NCBI RefSeq assembly: GCF_902652985.1
Contig: NC_047026.1
Coordinates: 13,020,001-13,084,000, forward strand
Source of the DNA: Pecten maximus
Taxonomy: Eukaryota
Direction: 5' to 3'
Length of the DNA stretch: 64,000 nucleotides
Both the position numbers and the translations under genes were made by a program. Shown here piece by piece: positions 11,378-23,319 of the stretch (position 1 is its first letter; each line of letters begins with the position of its first letter). Below the pieces are notes generated by a model. The model made no database searches, was not told the DNA's origin, and worked only from the letters and a program-made list of their open reading frames with translations.

Positions 11378-14300
11378 TACTGCTGTAAATTGATGTGTGG
11401 ATGATTTGGATAGATATGTTAATGGGACGTGGCTGGTGATGAATATTTGGAAGCTGAAATAGTTTTTAAACTTAAATCATTTTCATTGTTTTTATAAACT
11501 TGAGAGATTTATTTGTGTTATTAAAGCCAAAGAGCTAGGCCAAGCAGTGATATTTTCTAAACATGATTGCAGATGAAATTTGTTAAATTGAAGACAAATT
11601 ATTATCTGAAATTTATCCAAAAAAGATATTTCGGAAGAATTTTTTTTTCAAGAATATTAATTTTTATGATTTATACATCAGAGATCAGAAAAGCTCTGTT
11701 TACTTAAAATAAGTAAAATAGGCTGTCTTTCTTTTCTAGAAGACTTCAAAATAATCTGTTCTGTTTTGTTTTAATCTTGTGAAGAGTTTTTGTTTGACTT
11801 TTTTACCTAATCAACTTATATAGGGGTTACCTAACTAAATCTTTCAGTTACGATTTGATAGTGCTGTTAATGCTAATGCTAATTGTTGTCATTTTGTTTT
11901 TTTACATGAAAGCTGTTCGCTGGTTCAGTGCTAGGTTTGCTGAAAGGTCTTAGGAATAATCCATATTCCATGACCATGTCGTAACAGTGTATGCAACCAA
12001 TGTGCATGTATCTGATACTGTCCTGTATGGTTCTTGGGTTTGGACTAAATGCTAAGTCCTGTGAAACTTATATGAATATACATGTGTAACCTCATGAAAC
12101 ATTTATTAGATGGGAGTGACATTTTTGCTTATTTTTGAAATTCTTTGTGATGACGTGCATGTGTGAGAGAGAGTGATTTAATAAAAAAAAATGTTAAATC
12201 TGTATAGTTGTTAGGATGATTTCTTTAATAGTCTAGGGATTATACAGGAAATAATTTTCTGCATTGTTATATATATGTATTTATATGTCTACCTCACAAA
12301 AGGCATGGAACCTTGACAATAAATTCAGGACAATGCAAGTGAAGAAACATAGTTTTAAATGTAATTCATAGCTTTGAATGTAATTCACGTAAGTTTAACT
12401 TTCATTTTCCAGTAATGAAGCATTGTCAGTTCGTATGCTGGCTTCAGGGTGTAGATGTGCTACATGTACTCTCAATCTCTAAATGGAAGAGAGACTAAAT
12501 GTTACATTATGGTTGTTTTTTTGAGAGACCACTTCATATTATTGTCAGTTTGACCGAGGTTCTCATTCTACTGATATGCTTAGTTTGTCACAATGAATGA
12601 TAATACAGATAAAAAACTTCATTATATTTGAAAATCTTCCTTGTACATCATATACATGTATATCTAATTTCAGGTCTATTAAGTTTGGTTTGTCATATAA
12701 TGTTACACAACTTCAAAATTCAAGGGTTTGATAAGGTGCAGAGATCATAAGTAAACGCAACCCTGGGAATTTCAAAGATGTGTTCAACAGGGCTTTATTG
12801 AGCCAAAGTATATAATTTCATCCAAATAAAATCTTCTAATATATACATATGTACCTACCATATCAAACCTGATTTATGCTAATTTCCATTTATATGGCCA
12901 TCTGTTTTTTGGGTTTTTTTTTTTTTGCATTCCATATACATGTACATGTATTTATATTCTTTGCAAAAATGCCACCATTATTGCACATTAATGAGATTTT
13001 GTGAACAGTTTTGATTTCTGATTTCCCTCAAGTTGTTGACCACCTATGCTTGTTATGTTAAATCTGGTATTGTAGTTCTATATTATATAACTCATTAATG
13101 ATAGATAACTTATAAGTTTGTCACAAAATGTCATCTTCATTTGAAATGTATCCTTTAAGAGGTTGAGGGCCAACATTAGGACAATCCGGTAAGATTCTAA
13201 CCCAACATAATCGTTAAGTATCGCGATGCATGAACAGTGTATAGGGAACACATGGTTTTGATAGTGGCTACATTACACATAACAGCTGTCTTCAGCAGAT
13301 TTTTGGAAACTCAACAAGCCGAACCTGTACATTCCTACACTACTGAAAAATATAAAAGCAAATCTCCAGTTCTTGGGTTTCAGAGTAGTGAAATAGCACA
13401 CTGCCAATGAAGATTTTTTGTGTTCTATCAAAGGAAAAGAATAAGAATGTGTATATCCTCAGAACCAAAGCCCCTGTTTTAGTGTGAATCAGAGAGAGAT
13501 TGATTGTGATTGTTTTGATAACTGACCTTATTGTCACTATTAGATTAGTACATGTATGAGATTTGCCCCTAGGGATTGCTTTATGTTATTTGAGTTATGA
13601 GTTATGTTTTCTGTAAATAATCTTCAGAGAATTGTATGATTTGTATTAGATTATTACATGAACACTTAGGAATAACAAATTACAGAGGTCGACCCAGGAA
13701 TTTTCCAAGGATTCGACAACTGTAACTTTAGGATTTGTGGCATGTATTCAACATGTGTATAGTGTCAAAATACATATAAAGCAATGTTACTACTTTAAGT
13801 TAAGAAGGAAGATAGGGATGGGGAAACCTCTGCACGCTCCTCCTGGATTTTTCATTGAGCTTACTGCAGTAGGCACCACAGTATTTCTTGCTAGGTACCT
13901 GGTAGCCTTTTTTTCCATTTCATTAAGAATCTACGTAGATCATGAATTAGGATTTATCGACCGTTATTGCAGCTTCATTTCACATCCTATGGAAATAATG
14001 AACACTTGTTAATGTAAGAAAATTGCCAGGTAATCGACAATGAGAAGAAAACATTGATAGCATTTTACCTATTCAAGTTGTAAACATGTGAGTGTATGAT
14101 ATACTTTATATGTGTGAGAAGATGTTTTAGTGCTTGTAGTTGACTGATGTCATTGTCAAACTTGACTGTTATAAACATGGATTTATAAATAAAAAATATT
14201 TACAAAGAAACAATTGTGCAGTTTGTACTCATAAGTCCCCTACCTACACACAATGATAGAGGACCATGATATCTCCGACAAGTTACAGTTTCAGTGTTTT

Positions 14301-14460
14301 GGGGTGAAGTTCAAGGTCACTGTTACTATTTTTATCGTGGGGCTGGTAGAGGGCATGTATTGCTTTATCAATACTCTGTATGTTTGTTTTGACAGAAAGT
14401 ATGACATGGTTTCATACAGATATAAAAAATCCTTGCATTTCAACATTTTCATGAGAGAGT

Positions 14461-14897
14461 CTTAGAATGTCAATGTACATGTTCCAAGTAATGCCATGAA
14501 AATCTTAGGATTCAATGTACATGTACCCGGTAATGCCTTGAAAATCTTAGGATTCAATATACATGTTCAAGGTAACGCCTTGAAAATCTTAGGATTCAAT
14601 GTACATGTTCAAGGTAACGCCTTGAAAATCTTAGAATTCAATGTACATGTACCTGGTAATGCCTTGAAAATCTTAGAATTCAATGTACATATACCTGGTA
14701 ACGCCTTGAAAATCATAGAATTCAATGTACATGTACCCGGTAATGCCTTGAAAATCTTAGAATTCAGTGTACATGTTCCGGTAATGCCTTGAAAATCTTA
14801 GAATTCAATGTACATATACCAGGTAATGCCTTGAAAATCTTAGAATTCAATGTACATGTACCCGGTAATGCCTTGAAAATCTTAGGATTCAGTGTCA
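14461..14897. repeat. 42-bp tandem repeat, about 10 copies
   Basis: Unit AAAATCTTAG(A/G)ATTCAATGTACATGT..GGTAATGCCTTG. It creates the spurious 14-aa repeat ORF at 14496-14792. Confidence 0.95.
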
Positions 14898-15455
14898 TGC
14901 CGGGAAAGTCTCCAAATCAAGTGTCATTCTTTGAAAAGTCTAAAAAGTTGGCACAGAGGCTTTGAAACTTTCTTGAATTTCTGTCTTAGATTATCATGGT
15001 AAAATAAAACTCTTTGACTTTGAGATGCCATGGTAAATTACATTTCTCTACATTCTGCAAGATTTATCATTAAAAAAAAACTGTTGATGTGACTTGTGAT
15101 CAAGTTTCTAACATGATACAAAACAATCTCGCCTAAAGTCAATCACTCTTGCTGAAAAATCTTGGGAATTTGACAATTCCGTATAAAGTATGAACCCATA
15201 GGCTGCTATAAACTTTTTGATTGAATTGGAATATTGTAATGATATCGCTCGTTTGTTGGCTGAGCTGTATCATCATTACTGAACAATAACTAATATTAAG
15301 TTCAAACTCAAACTTGCTTGCTTGGACTTCCTTTCAGGGTCAAAAGGTTAAGGTCACTGTCATTGAATAGAAAATTAATTTCTGCATAACTCAAATTTAA
15401 TTGACCAATCAAGCTCAAATTTAACAAACTGCTTCCTTCTTGGGAGTGTTTGCTT

Positions 15456-15546
15456 CACAGGTACTTGTGGACATGATTATGGTGTTTTTAATTTAAATGT
15501 TACATTTAAATTAAAAACACCATAATCATGTCCACAAGTACCTGTG
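15456..15546. mobile_element. 91-bp perfect palindromic mini-transposon with an 8-bp TSD (P/hAT-type)
   Basis: 45-bp arms 15456-15500 and 15502-15546 are exact reverse complements. Direct repeat GTTTGCTT at 15448-15455 and 15547-15554. Termini CA...TG. Confidence 0.88.
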
Positions 15547-16766
15547 GTTTGCTTGGGATTTAGACTTTCTTCCCGAGCAGACTCCAGGCAATCTTCCATT
15601 TTCAATTCAAAATTTCTAAAATTAAACAAAATATTTCTTGCGTCATAATTCAATTATGTCTGCCTCCGGAGGAAGTTCAAATATAGAACGAATATTCATA
15701 CCCTGCCTACACTGCTCTGTCAGAAATTGTCCCAGTCGTGCAGAGCTACGTTATCGCAGCTAGTTCAAATACTGTAGTCACATTTGTTGATTTGTCAGTA
15801 CAAAGGTTAAACTTTTGAAGACAGAAATCCTGCGGCTACCATACGGCCTTTGAATTGATGCCACATGGTGAGCTATATAGGGCGGCCGTAAGGCAGTCGA
15901 AAGGAAACCGCAAGGCGTCCACAGGGAAGGGAGAGGCAAATATGGCGTCGGACCATGTGACCAGTCTGACTGGTATACACAACGTAACGCCACCGTAAGG
16001 TTACCGTGGAACCGCTCTTCGACTACGGTGTGCCAATTGCTACGACAACCGTAGAAATGATAACTCTATGTTGTAGTTCTATAGCGACCCTGTAGGGCAT
16101 GCAAAACCCCCGTAAGGTGACCCTGCGCCTGCCGCAAGTTTCTCTCGATTTTAGCTAGAGCTTCTGCCTCTGTATTCCAGCCGTAGAGCATGCTGGAAAA
16201 GTTTTGCCAATTTAAACAATATATAAACCGTACTCAACTAGGAGTCACTTGTCTTAAATAAAATTATGCCTGGTAAGACCACGGAATGATAAAAAAAATA
16301 CTGCATTTGTCTTTTTGTGTTTTATCTGGACTACAATTTCCTTTTCTTATAATACAAATGTACATTGTATTATACCATTACAGCTTGTTCAAGAATGATG
16401 CCACTTTCCTCAATTATATTGTAAACAAGTAATCTATATTTTTGATTATGTTTTTATCTGCTGCAGTGCCATAACGATGAATCAGTACAATCTCCTAGGC
16501 ACACAGTAGTATTTTGTTTTCCCAAGATTACATATGGATACATAAAAAAAAACAATTGTAACCTATAGTTAAGCTGATTAGTAGTATGTCTTGTTCCTCC
16601 TTATCAGGAATTCGTTATCGATTTCATTTGTCCAGAGTTTTACAATGTGGTGTTTGGAACCTTGTGATATGGTTTGTGGTGACCTTGCAGAGATAACACC
16701 AAGATCGACACGTGTTTCCAGTAGATCTGACATTCTAGATATCGGTCAACAAAAAACATACTAAAG

Positions 16767-18338
16767 ATGTTAAAGAAACCAGACATGGGACTGAAGAGGC
16801 AATTGTCACGTAGAGTCTCTGTTATTTCTGGGACCCGCCCTTTCCGGGTACTGGGACGATTTGCGGGCGTGGTCACAGTCGCGGCGATCGGATTTCTATG
16901 TGGTCATTTGATATATCACCTTTTCGTCACGCCCAATCACGTGGTTACAGATTCTGGTGAGTTTGTCAAACGAGGCTCCAGTAAACGCGGGTTTCATGAC
17001 GGAAGGCATGAAGACATATCATTTAAAGGTGTACCGGAAGCGGAAGTGACTTCCTCTACACAAAAGGTGCCACATGTAAAGACTAATGTCCACATGCCAC
17101 CTCGGGAGAGGGACGGGGTAGAAATAAAAAAGGACATGAGTGTTCAATTTCGTGACTATATTCCCAGAAAGGTGTTTGTGAATTGTGGAGGAACATTTCC
17201 TATGACTTTGGACTTATTCCTCAACACATATCCCGACGCCTACAAGTTCGACCTGTACACGTTTTTACCGGACGAGTCATATGCTCTCTTTTATCAGATA
17301 TACAAGAGACATACTCTATACACACCGACCATAGTCTCTACACAAAACTTGTCCATCGAATCTACCAACAATGGCTTTGCTAGCATGGTCGAGCAAAGGG
17401 ACACCATGGACACCGTAGATCTGCCCAGCTGGCTTCTTGCAAACCTTCACCAAGATGATTACGTCATACTCAAGCTAGACAGCAAATTCGAAAAGGACAT
17501 TGTGAAAAGTATTGGTTTAAAAAACGCCATTGAGTGGATTGACAAATTTTACACAACTTCAATTGATAACGCCACCATTGCCGTTTATCGCGATGAACTT
17601 GGAAAATTCAACAAAAATGTGTCGATTTGGGATAATGCAGCGCAGACCTATTCCGACTTTGATATCGTCAATTCGCCTGGTATTCCACAGGGTCTAGGCG
17701 CCGTGATGTCACAGTGTGTAGAACCTGCGGATTCCGAAAAGTTTGGATTGTTTCTTTTCTCAGAGTATTTCACAAAAACTGTCAATCAAACTCTTAACAT
17801 GTTGATCATGTACGCTGGTGAACGGAAGGTGGGCGTGTCCTTATTTCTACCACGTGATTTCTATCGCTCAATATCTAGTCGAACATTGCGAGAACTATCC
17901 GAGATTGTTACACTTGGACTGTTTATTGGCAACGAAAATCAGGCTCACACGGGAACAAACAGAAGTGAAGACATCTCTGAATTTAATAGATATAGAAATA
18001 TATATGCTGAAGCTGCTAGCCAAGTTCAACATCATACGGACTCTATTCTTCAACACGTCATGGTTTCAACGACGATAGACCCGGGTATTTGTCAAAAAAT
18101 TACCCAGTCTCGACACGTGACAGTTTTTAATGAAACCAAACATATTACTCACCATACACAAACTATCTTACATACTGGCATTCTAACGATGGATATGATT
18201 GGACGAAATCGTGGAGAAATCCTCGCCGTTGATTTGACGAGAGACAATACAGATATATTGACTCTCTACATGACTAAACGATTTGAACCATGGTTAATTC
18301 CAGCTTCTAAATGTCAGTCTTTGACTAATGCGAATTAA
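16767..18338 (+). CDS. Uncharacterised 523-aa type II membrane protein: degenerate FkbM-like methyltransferase domain plus degenerate CE4/NodB polysaccharide deacetylase-like domain
   Basis: Uninterrupted 1572-nt ORF. Basic N-terminal tail, one hydrophobic segment (aa ~32-54), a stem, then RKVFVNCGG, DLPSWLLANLHQDDYVILKLD, and GAVMSQC..FGLFL..VSLFL..GEILAVD..PASKC. Several N-x-S/T sequons. A probable 5'UTR intron at 16273-16607. The ORF is secure; the domain calls are from motif recall. Confidence 0.8.
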   Translation: MLKKPDMGLKRQLSRRVSVISGTRPFRVLGRFAGVVTVAAIGFLCGHLIYHLFVTPNHVVTDSGEFVKRGSSKRGFHDGRHEDISFKGVPEAEVTSSTQKVPHVKTNVHMPPRERDGVEIKKDMSVQFRDYIPRKVFVNCGGTFPMTLDLFLNTYPDAYKFDLYTFLPDESYALFYQIYKRHTLYTPTIVSTQNLSIESTNNGFASMVEQRDTMDTVDLPSWLLANLHQDDYVILKLDSKFEKDIVKSIGLKNAIEWIDKFYTTSIDNATIAVYRDELGKFNKNVSIWDNAAQTYSDFDIVNSPGIPQGLGAVMSQCVEPADSEKFGLFLFSEYFTKTVNQTLNMLIMYAGERKVGVSLFLPRDFYRSISSRTLRELSEIVTLGLFIGNENQAHTGTNRSEDISEFNRYRNIYAEAASQVQHHTDSILQHVMVSTTIDPGICQKITQSRHVTVFNETKHITHHTQTILHTGILTMDMIGRNRGEILAVDLTRDNTDILTLYMTKRFEPWLIPASKCQSLTNAN

Positions 18339-19391
18339 AGCTATAGCTGTAGTCTACACAGCGGTATTGTTGGGTACTTGAACCATTGTTGGCACCGTCT
18401 CCTAAATGTCAAAACTAAACATTTGTATGTAACTCGGACATTATTCGAGGCACGGAATAACAAGTCCATGAGTTTCCAGTCTGTTTGATGATGCTCGCCG
18501 TTAACTAACCAGTTGTTTTAGCGGAAAAGCATTTGACACTTTTTAATTTTAACCTGCATGCCAATTTGAATAGTTGTACTAGTTTAGAATATGTCTACTT
18601 TTTATATGCTTTTAATTTTCAATAATATAATAAGCGTGCATTGGTAATTGGAAAATCACTGTACATAAACACATCACGGTTAAAAAAAATAAAAGATTTT
18701 CTATTAATTTTACAGATGAATCACTGTACATAAAAATTATAATAAATGAAAAAAAATGTTCATTTTAAATAAGACATTAAATACAAATGTAAAGCATTTT
18801 CTTGTTAGTAATCATAAGTTTGCATATCAATTACAGTTAGTTAAAAAAATCCCTCTAATGACAACTTAACATATACTTATAATCACTTTACTTTAAAATA
18901 CACAAAAGAATATAGTTAACTATTTCATTGAACAGGCTTATGTCGGTATTGATGATCTCACACAATTGTACATAATAAAAATAATATTCAGTCATATGCT
19001 TACTGCTAACACTATATCATTAGTAGACTGGCCACCAGCCCTGAAGTTCCCTGCTAAGAATTACTCAGCTTAATTATAAAACTAGATTATCTCCCTCTAG
19101 TTTGAAACTAAGAATCAGACGCAGCTAGAGACAAAAATCATAAAGCTCAATCTTATTTATAGTTTTAATATTCTAGAGACAGGGGGCCAACCTACATTAG
19201 AGATACATCCCTACTAGCATGGCTCTTCATGTGTGATGTAGTTATATGCATATTACCTGTTTTAAAGTCACTAAGATCATGTAGTATGAATTGCTTGTTT
19301 TTACTATAGTTAATATCAAACATACTCATGAATATATTCACGTTTGCACCTCAAATAATTCCATTTGTTAACAGTTTGTTCCTAATCATTA

Positions 19392-21051
19392 CTTTAAACT
19401 TTAAACATATTTTATTGCCAAAATAGAGACAAAGGATTAGGCACAAGTTTTGTCAACTTATTGACGCCCTCTCCCATCACACAAATACATTACATGAACA
19501 AATTTAGATACTTAGCAGGCATAAACATATATAATATTTAACATAGACACAGGCTCGTAAGAATACACATTATTAAATGCTGGATTTGATGTAGTTTTGC
19601 ACATGTCGGAACACAAGAGAGTTTAGGTCTACAGAGAGATCTGAATTTCCAAACAGGAGAAGTTTTAAATCCAAAACCAAACATAAGGCATTTAAAGTTT
19701 GAAATATATATAATCTTTCCAATTCAAATTGCAATTTGCAGTCAAAGAAAAAGTGAAAGGCATTTTCGCAACGATGTCCACAGGTGCAAAACGGATCATT
19801 AATAAGATTTACTTGATACAGATTATATTTGAGAACACTATATTTGTGCCTCAATCTAGTATGTAAAATGTTTAACTTTCTTTCACCATAACTGTAGTAG
19901 GTAGGTGGTGATTGTTGTACATTTGAGATTATAGAGGTTTTGAACAAATTCAGGGAAGGCAACGATCATACAGATAGATCCTACAAGTTCCAGCTTCGAA
20001 TAGTGGAAGGTATAAACCAGAGATTTGTTAGAGAAAGCCCGAAAGGAGGAACTCGATAATCACTGTTATTTCTAAGAGCATATCGGTTATTTTCTGCAAA
20101 AGTAGGTGGAAGGAGATCAGTTAAATAGTCCGGAGATAGCTTATTATGCATTTTATATAAAAGTTGGAGGTTTTTACGTTTTCGACGATTTGAAAGAGTA
20201 TCTAAACCAGTTTCAAAAAGTAGATCCGTGCATACGAAGGAAGGCCTGTTATGATACGGGCAGTTTCTCTTGAGCTTTCTCTAACAATTCAGTTTCAATT
20301 TAGTACAACCATCCCATACTTCACACGCATATTCTAAAACTGGCAAAATAAATGATTTATATATTTTTAAAAGACTATTTCAATTTAGCAAAAAATTCAA
20401 TCTTCTTAGTACATTTATATTCTTCAAAACAGAACCGTATATGGCATTTATATGTAAATCAAAAACAAAAGTGGACCAAGAATGGAACCTTGAGGAACCC
20501 CTGCTAAATTCAAACCTAAATGTGAATAAGAATTGTTTAAAAATACTTTTTGGCGCCTGTCAATTAAATAGTTTTCTAGCCAGGTATACACTTCACCACA
20601 AATTCAAAAAGATTTTAGCTTTATCATTAAACCTTTATGTAACAAACGAACAAAGGCCTTTGAAATATGACAGAAAACCATACATATAATTATGTTTTCC
20701 AGGGAAATACAAATGTTGTGATAAATTTCTACCAGCTGATATACAGTGGAATGGGCATGCATAAAACCAAATTGGTATTTGTAAAGCAATAAGTTTTTGA
20801 CAAAATAATTACACAAATGTTTGTAAATACACGTTCAAAAACTTTGCCAACAGTAGATAAAATAGAAATCGGTCTATAATTTGAAGGCGAATGCATGACT
20901 TTAGCTACTTTCCGAGTGGTTGGGAAAATACCTGTTGCCAATGACATATCAAACATAATTTCAAGTGGAAAACAAAGAGTTTGTGATGTATTTCTTAACA
21001 TATGGTGACTGATTCCATCCTCACAGAGGCATTATCGAGCTTCAGTATCTG
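19392..21051 (-). mobile_element. 5'-truncated, internally deleted LINE (CR1/L2 group) with a 9-bp TSD
   Basis: RT motifs PSNYRPISILSTVGKVFER, QFGF..HSTVYQL and ISKAF. C-terminal CTCGHRCENAFHFFFDC. 3' tail AATAAAATATGTTTAAAGTTTAAAG. Direct repeat TAATCATTA at 19383-19391 and 21052-21060. Confidence 0.92.
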
Positions 21052-22454
21052 TAATCATTAAAAGAGGTTGTAGTTCTAGCCGCGTTCCAAACGGTGATTG
21101 CTAAACAATTACATTTCTTCTGCGTGGTGTCCTCAGCATATTGCCTATATCAGAACGTGTAAGCAGACTGTTGTAATAAAATCTTACGTTATTTTAATGT
21201 TTGAACGGAACACTGTATGGAATCATAATACATTCGACAGTCCTGTTGATAAATGTGACGCCAAATAGAAAATGCACTAAAGTAGTTTACTCAGTAATAC
21301 TATCACGGCCAAATGTAGGGCGTGTCAATTAATCTTGTGCGGTAACGAAGCGCCCGCGGATGGCTACCACTATACATATATATATTTCAAGCAGGTCAGC
21401 AATTTGTTATTGAATTATATCGTTTTCCAAATCCCATTAAGACTTAATGTCTTCATTTTCAATGCAGTTTTATGATTCAATTAACTTGAATGCCGATTCT
21501 TTTCGTGTTATAATATATGTAATATAAACGAATTAGAGTGTTATGAGAAAATTGCCTCTTAAGAGGTTTGAAAACTGTCCAATCGTTATTTGTGATATCG
21601 TTTTAAACCAAATAACTTTAATCAAGAGTATTAAATTATGTAATCTTAGTATTTTCTTTTATTAAAGAAATTATGGTAAGTGATCACATTCATCGGTTTC
21701 GGCGGATTGGAAAATATCAATTTTGTCATGATTTAACTGATCACAGTACAGTACTTTCTGAAATTATATAACGATATTTCAATTTTATAGATGCGTTATT
21801 TAATAAAAAAAAAAGTCATTATTTATTAATTGTATTAATCCTTAATATTAATTATATAATACATATTTCGTACACATAGTGTAACCTAGATATGAATTGT
21901 ATATTATTATCTATGTATGTACATTTTGTACATGATTATCTAAAGCCTTACTTCCTTACAAGACACCTACACGTTTCATAGGACAGTATATTAGGTAGTA
22001 ACGTTGAAAACACATGCAGAAAAATAGTTTGTCTCACCTGTTGACAGGTGAAAAGGTCATGTTGTCTATTAGACGTGTAGTAATTGATTAAACAAGTACG
22101 TGCATTGTTTTCTTGACATGACTTTTGGCAGACGTAGTGATGCGTACTTCTGGTAGCCCGGAGCTATTGGTAAAGACTAACTCAGTCCACGATATACAGT
22201 CTTTACAGTTAGACCACCATTTATCCAGAGCAGGTGTTTAAACTTTCAAAAACCACCTTCATCATCTTTTCTCCTTTTTCACTTTTTCAGACGTTTGAGA
22301 AATAACGACACATGTGATGCTACAACTTCTTCGTGTTTAATTGGAATTGATCACTTCTAGTTTTGCTGATTAACGATATTGTGTGGATTCTCTGGTTTCC
22401 TGGATATCATATGATAAATTACTGTGTAATATACTTGACTTATATAGAGTGACA

Positions 22455-23125
22455 TATTATGCTGAGGGAGATGTAAGAGAGAAATTAATCTTAACACTAC
22501 AGGTACGTCATAATTAACTTATTCGATATTTGATATTTGTGACACTACAAATGTATATGTTAATGAAAATGTAAGGACGACATATAGATTTTGACAGTGA
22601 CGTCTGAATTAACATAGTCGATATATGCTGATGAAGATGTCACGGAAGATATCTAGATTTTAACAATTACATCAGAATTAACGTAGCCGATATTTGATTT
22701 TTGTGATGTTACTGTATGTTGATGAAGATATTAGGAAGACATCTAGATTTTAACAGGTACGTATGAATTAACATGGCCGATATATGTTGATGCAGTTCTT
22801 TATGAAGACATCATCTAGATTTAAACAGTTTCTAGATTGATTAGAATAAGCAATGTCGATATTCAATTTTTGTGACACTATATGATGATGAAGATGTTAA
22901 GGAAGACAAAGATAGCTACATATTTTTTTTTTTCTGACACTATATGTTGATGAAGATATCAAGCGCATCTAGATTTAAACAGTTACGTCAGAATGAACAT
23001 AGTCAATATATGATTTTTGTGATATCATTATATGTTGATGAAGATGTTAGGAAGGCATCTAGATTTCAACAGGTACGTCAGAATAAGCTAAGTCGATATT
23101 TGTTTTTGTGATGTCACTATATGCT
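22455..23125. repeat. Diverged tandem repeat with ~68-95 bp units
   Basis: Recurrent GATGAAGAT..ATCTAGATTTTAACAG(G/T)TACGTCAGAATTAAC..GATAT, about 8 copies of varying length. Confidence 0.85.
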
Positions 23126-23288
23126 TTCAATTTGATCGGTTTGTCAAATCTGACGAAAGCTTTTACCTGAAAAATGATAGACAGTTCTTGCTCACATTTA
23201 TTTAAGACATTTTCTTCAGTTATCAACATGAACAAGTCTTCCTCGTGTTAATTATAAATTGATAATGCATTGTAACAATCATACAAGT

Positions 23289-23319
<31 letters not shown>

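Noticed and set aside
14496-14792. 98-aa ORF made of 14-aa repeats
   Set aside because: By-product of a 42-bp tandem repeat. The frame breaks within the array and there is no splice or domain support.
16767-18338. Bacterial contamination or a prokaryotic operon
   Set aside because: The ORF is isolated, flanked by host repeats and AT-rich DNA, has eukaryotic type II membrane topology and a candidate 5'UTR intron, and has no neighbouring operon-like ORFs.
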